From: Geopsychrobacteraceae bacterium
GTDB lineage: Bacteria; Desulfobacterota; Desulfuromonadia; Desulfuromonadales; Geopsychrobacteraceae
Reading direction: 5' to 3'
Length of the DNA: 64,000 nt
Assembly (NCBI GenBank): GCA_963662315.1
Contig: OY759353.1
Span: 1-64,000 of the forward strand
Made by a program: the position numbers and the translations under genes. How positions within the stretch are numbered: the first letter of the stretch is position 1; each line of letters opens with the position of its first letter. Under the pieces are notes generated by a model. The model did no database searches and was not told the DNA's origin. It saw only the letters and a list, made by a program, of their open reading frames with translations. Positions 60,209-64,000 of the stretch are shown piece after piece.

Positions 60209-61414
60209 TCATTCACGCACCTGCCGGTTCGCCAGCTCCTCATCCGTCAATTCCGGTGCTCCTTCACTTAAGGAGATACCGCTGAGCAGAACATTTTCTC
60301 CCATTTTTTCCAGCAGTTTCAAAAAATTCATGACCAGGTAAGGGTTGAGCTGGGTGCCGGCGCTATCCAGCAGCAGGCCGCAGATTTTTGGCAAGTCCCA
60401 AGGTTCTTTGTAGGACCGCCGGGTCCGCAGGGCGTCAAAGATGTCTGAGATCATGGTTATCTGACTGCAGACATTGGTCTTCCAGCCCTTCGGCATTTGG
60501 GGATAACCGGTCAGGTCATAGCGCATGTGGTGTTCAAAAGCGGCGAGAATGGCCAGTTTGGGGATTCTATCCTGGTTCATCAGGTATTGTGCACCACGGG
60601 ACGGGTGCTGGCTTATTTGTTCGAATTCTTCTTCGGTGAGCTGACCGGATTTGCCAATGATTTCCTTATCAATGAAAGTTTTTCCGGCATCGTGCAGCAT
60701 CCCGGCAATGCCGACATCGCGCAGCAGGTCTTCGTCCAGGCCGAGGGTCATCCCCTGGGCGATGTTGAGAATGGCGACGTTCAGGGAATGGGTAAAGGAA
60801 TATTCGTCTTCCATGCGCAAGGGCACCAGAGCCAGAAGGGGATTGGCCTGCTGCTGGAATGCAGCGACGAAACCGGCTACGATCTGTGTGGTTTCCTTGA
60901 TATTGCACTCATCCTTGTTGCTGAGACTGGCATAAAAGTCTTCCAGGCTCTGCAGTTCTTCCGGAGACAGGTCTTCAAACCGCGCAATCGGGCGTGGCGC
61001 ATCGATGTTGGTCTGAATATCGATGAGTCCACAGCGAATATGCGGTGCATTCAGGTCAAGGGCCTTTACCTCAGCAACGCCGAGAGCGACCTGGAAAAAC
61101 AAGATGATTTCAGCAGGGGTTATCCCTTGGAGAAAACTGATGAATTCTATGTTTCGAGACTGCAGCCTGCTGGCAATGCGTTTGGTATGCGGGGTACTTG
61201 GCAACGGCTTGCCGTCGTAAAGCAGGTCTTTTTTGATGCTGAGAAAGGTTAATTCCTGCTGGCTGTTCAGGAGTGAAGACAGGGTATCCTGAAATCGCGG
61301 CAGCAGCAGTGTGGCCCGATTATGCTCGATGGAATAAAGGGCCGCGGTCGCCAGGATGGACGACATCTGTTGCAGGGCATTTTCGAGGGAATAGCGATCC
61401 AGTGGTTGACTCAT
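60209..61414 (-). CDS. HD-GYP domain protein (putative cyclic-dinucleotide phosphodiesterase)
   Basis: HSLNVA, LHDAGK, HPSRG, EHH..YD.TGYP, DIFDAL...RSYK. Confidence 0.92.
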   Translation of the reverse strand: MSQPLDRYSLENALQQMSSILATAALYSIEHNRATLLLPRFQDTLSSLLNSQQELTFLSIKKDLLYDGKPLPSTPHTKRIASRLQSRNIEFISFLQGITPAEIILFFQVALGVAEVKALDLNAPHIRCGLIDIQTNIDAPRPIARFEDLSPEELQSLEDFYASLSNKDECNIKETTQIVAGFVAAFQQQANPLLALVPLRMEDEYSFTHSLNVAILNIAQGMTLGLDEDLLRDVGIAGMLHDAGKTFIDKEIIGKSGQLTEEEFEQISQHPSRGAQYLMNQDRIPKLAILAAFEHHMRYDLTGYPQMPKGWKTNVCSQITMISDIFDALRTRRSYKEPWDLPKICGLLLDSAGTQLNPYLVMNFLKLLEKMGENVLLSGISLSEGAPELTDEELANRQVRE

Positions 61415-63585
61415 GCTTCACTCCGTCCCGACAGTTTGTGCATGACTTGTTTCGCCTGCAATTTTGCGTCTCCTGTTCCTTCCTCAATCTGTTGCTTCAG
61501 CAGTGGCATTGCCTGCTCGGCGGAATAGTTTTGCAAGGCTTTGACAATTTCCAGTTTCAGTTGATTGTAGGTCCGCGCATGCAAAAGTTTTTTATTTTTA
61601 AGTATTTTAGCAAAAATTGCCAGAGCGCGTTCTTCCCGGTGTTTGCCGAGGCTGTGGACCACGGCTTTTTTGACTTCAAAATCAAATTTAAAGAGTTGTT
61701 CCTTTTTTAGTAATATCAGCAGCTTATTAATCAGTTCCGGTATGTGAACCAGTCCAAGAAGAGAAATCGCATACATGACATCCTCGTGATTTGCAGAAGA
61801 CAGGTTTTTCTCAAGCTGCTTCAAGGACGATACGTCTTTGAGTAACAGACATGTTTTTAACGCTTCCTGGCGGACGCGGTGATGTTTGTGCTCACGAAAT
61901 GGCCTGATCTGCGGCAGGTCTTTCTTGTTGCCCAGACTTCCCAGCAGAAACAGCATGTTGCGAAGGACATACCAGCGCCGGTCAGCAAGGTAAGGGCTGA
62001 TTAATTCCGATATGTTGTCCACCGATGTCCCGATTTTTCGCAGGTTGTTCAGGAACAACAACCGCGCAGCCCGGTCTGCTTCAATGTTGACTGCTTCCAG
62101 CAGATGGGGGACGAACACCGGTCCGAATAGGCCGATCAGTTCATTGAGCAGCGGGTGGCAATTTTTTCCTAACCGCGCTGCGTCTTTAAGAGCTTGAGAG
62201 TAGAAGGTGCTCGGAAGCAGGTTGGCCAGCGTGGCGATTTCGTCTGCGCTTTTGCCCGCTAAGAAACGGTGGCACAGGTTAACCAGACTGCAATAATCGG
62301 CTGACGCAAGGAAAAAACTGATGGCTTCTGCGAGCTGTTTGTGTAGTACGCTAAGGTGCGTCTGGTCCGCGCTGTGTTCCAGAATGTATAAAGCGATATT
62401 GGCAATCTGCTCCTCAATCCGGACATCTTCCAGGTCGGTTTTCAGCTTTTGCAAATGCGAACTGAGCGCTTGAGGAATCTGTTCACTGGAGAGAATCTGC
62501 CGGAGCGTCTTCTGGTAACGTGATGGGACGTATTTATCGAATTGGTCGCCAAGAAGAAGTTCTTTGGTCTGCTTGATCCGTTCTTCACGGGTTGCCTGAA
62601 CGACGGCAAGTTCCTCTGCTGCTGCCAGGTTCCTGGAGCCGGCGAGTTTTGAGATAAGCGACATGACGATCGGTGAAGCATGGCTGTTATGCCGAGAAAC
62701 CTGCTGGAAGGCGTCCAGAATTGCATCGTCTGAGAAGCCGTTGAAGAACAATTCGGCATTGTTTTTCAGCAGTTGCAGATTGCAGACCCCGGCCAGGAGA
62801 CTCTTTCTGGTCTTTTGATCAAGATGGCCGATAAAGCTGGCCAGTTTCAGGTAGGTCGCTGCTTTTTCGCTCTGAACCTTTTGTGACTGGGCGGCGCTGA
62901 CCGATTGGTTCACAAGCTGTGATAGGCGTTTTTGTCTGGCGTTGCGATGGTCCTCCTCTCCGAGCTTGAGCAGGGCGGATATCTTTTCCGCCAGCTCGGC
63001 TGGAGAGATGGTGTCGCTGTCAATCTCTTCCTCGCTGTCCTCTGCCAACACGGACAGCAGCGCCCGGGCAAACTGCTGCCAGAATTCGTTTGCTGATTGG
63101 ATATGTTCAAACAGTCGGCTGTCTTTATGCCCTTCCAGAAGATTGAAATCCTCGCGGGACATTTCCGTGACCTGCACCCCGGTGATTTCGAGCTGCTCCA
63201 GGCAGGCGCGAATACCGCCTTGATCCCAGGTTTCGGAGGGTTTTTCCATGAGCAGATGCAAGAACGCGTAGAGTTCTTTGATCGTCAGGTCCGGAGTCAG
63301 GCTGAAGGTGGCGATGCCGTGCTGAAACATGCAAAAAGCAAAGTCGATAAAGAGCTTGTTCTGCGGGCTCAGCGGTTCCCCTTTGAATAAGAAACTGTAC
63401 TTTGCTACGCTGACCTGAATGATGATGTCCTGATGGAAGCATTCTGTCAGTAGCTTCACCAGTTTGTCTGTCGCCTCTTGGACGATGGCATTTTTCTCGT
63501 CGTGGAGACTCAGGTGTTTGCTCAATACGAAGAGGTTGTGCAGAACCTCAGTGACTCGTGTACGGGATGAGTGATTGTTATTCAT
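61411..63585 (-). CDS. HEAT-repeat domain protein
   Basis: LADRRWYVLRNMLFLLG, HHRVRQEALK helical repeats; 4-bp overlap with HD-GYP gene. Confidence 0.8.
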   Translation of the reverse strand: MNNNHSSRTRVTEVLHNLFVLSKHLSLHDEKNAIVQEATDKLVKLLTECFHQDIIIQVSVAKYSFLFKGEPLSPQNKLFIDFAFCMFQHGIATFSLTPDLTIKELYAFLHLLMEKPSETWDQGGIRACLEQLEITGVQVTEMSREDFNLLEGHKDSRLFEHIQSANEFWQQFARALLSVLAEDSEEEIDSDTISPAELAEKISALLKLGEEDHRNARQKRLSQLVNQSVSAAQSQKVQSEKAATYLKLASFIGHLDQKTRKSLLAGVCNLQLLKNNAELFFNGFSDDAILDAFQQVSRHNSHASPIVMSLISKLAGSRNLAAAEELAVVQATREERIKQTKELLLGDQFDKYVPSRYQKTLRQILSSEQIPQALSSHLQKLKTDLEDVRIEEQIANIALYILEHSADQTHLSVLHKQLAEAISFFLASADYCSLVNLCHRFLAGKSADEIATLANLLPSTFYSQALKDAARLGKNCHPLLNELIGLFGPVFVPHLLEAVNIEADRAARLLFLNNLRKIGTSVDNISELISPYLADRRWYVLRNMLFLLGSLGNKKDLPQIRPFREHKHHRVRQEALKTCLLLKDVSSLKQLEKNLSSANHEDVMYAISLLGLVHIPELINKLLILLKKEQLFKFDFEVKKAVVHSLGKHREERALAIFAKILKNKKLLHARTYNQLKLEIVKALQNYSAEQAMPLLKQQIEEGTGDAKLQAKQVMHKLSGRSEA

Positions 63586-64000
63586 TTGCCCTTATTCTGT
63601 CGGCGACCCGGGAAGGGACACCTCAGTTAGTTTCCATCCAACGTTTCCGGATGATAACCAGTTCGGTATTGTATTCCAAGATAGCACAATCATTGGGGGA
63701 TATCTATATTTGGATGGACAGGGGGATTTGGAAATCGACCCGAAAAACAAAAGGTACGAAGGCCGGAATCGAACCAGCACACCCAAAAGTCCTTCGGCAG
63801 TCCTTGATGGGGCATGGCTATTTTTAATGGCTCAATTCGAAAATTGAAAATCTTATGTCGATAAATTTACATTGATGGCTTTGTGGAAACGGTCGGTTTG
63901 TAACTCTATGAAAATTATATATATTGTTTTTTGCTTGGATTTTGCTTCGTTGCTAGCCATGAAATTTTTGTGAGCTGCGTTTGTTTTAAACTTTTATCGA

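Noticed and set aside
63586..64000. c-di-GMP riboswitch or small ORFs upstream of the HEAT/HD-GYP operon
   Set aside because: No GEMM consensus recognisable by eye and the ORFs lack support; an Rfam/Infernal scan would settle it

Overview
Bacterial chromosomal window; the 16S and gene content look like Desulfuromonadia/Desulfobacterota, judged by eye. 1-16.1 kb is a head-to-tail array of at least three apparently identical rRNA operons (16S-tRNAIle-tRNAAla-23S-5S, period 5,512 bp). After a DUF89 phosphatase and ompW lies a minus-strand type VI secretion system: tagH-like, tssJKLM, tagF, tssABC, hcp, tssEFGH, vgrG1, then DUF6484-, TIGR02270-, DUF2169- and thiolase-like accessory genes. Its terminal PAAR-like (DUF4150/PIPY) gene has decayed to a multi-frameshift pseudogene. 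Divergently transcribed is vgrG2, a 943-aa calcineurin-like metallophosphoesterase and two paralogous signal-peptide-bearing pentapeptide-repeat proteins; this is the best candidate for an undescribed T6SS effector-immunity system. The second paralogue is destroyed by two back-to-back IS1380 copies plus a deletion. Downstream are a mini-IS3, a binding-protein/hybrid-kinase pair, an IS66 relic, a relic of a third vgrG and a HEAT-repeat/HD-GYP pair. All family calls come from motif recognition without database searches.
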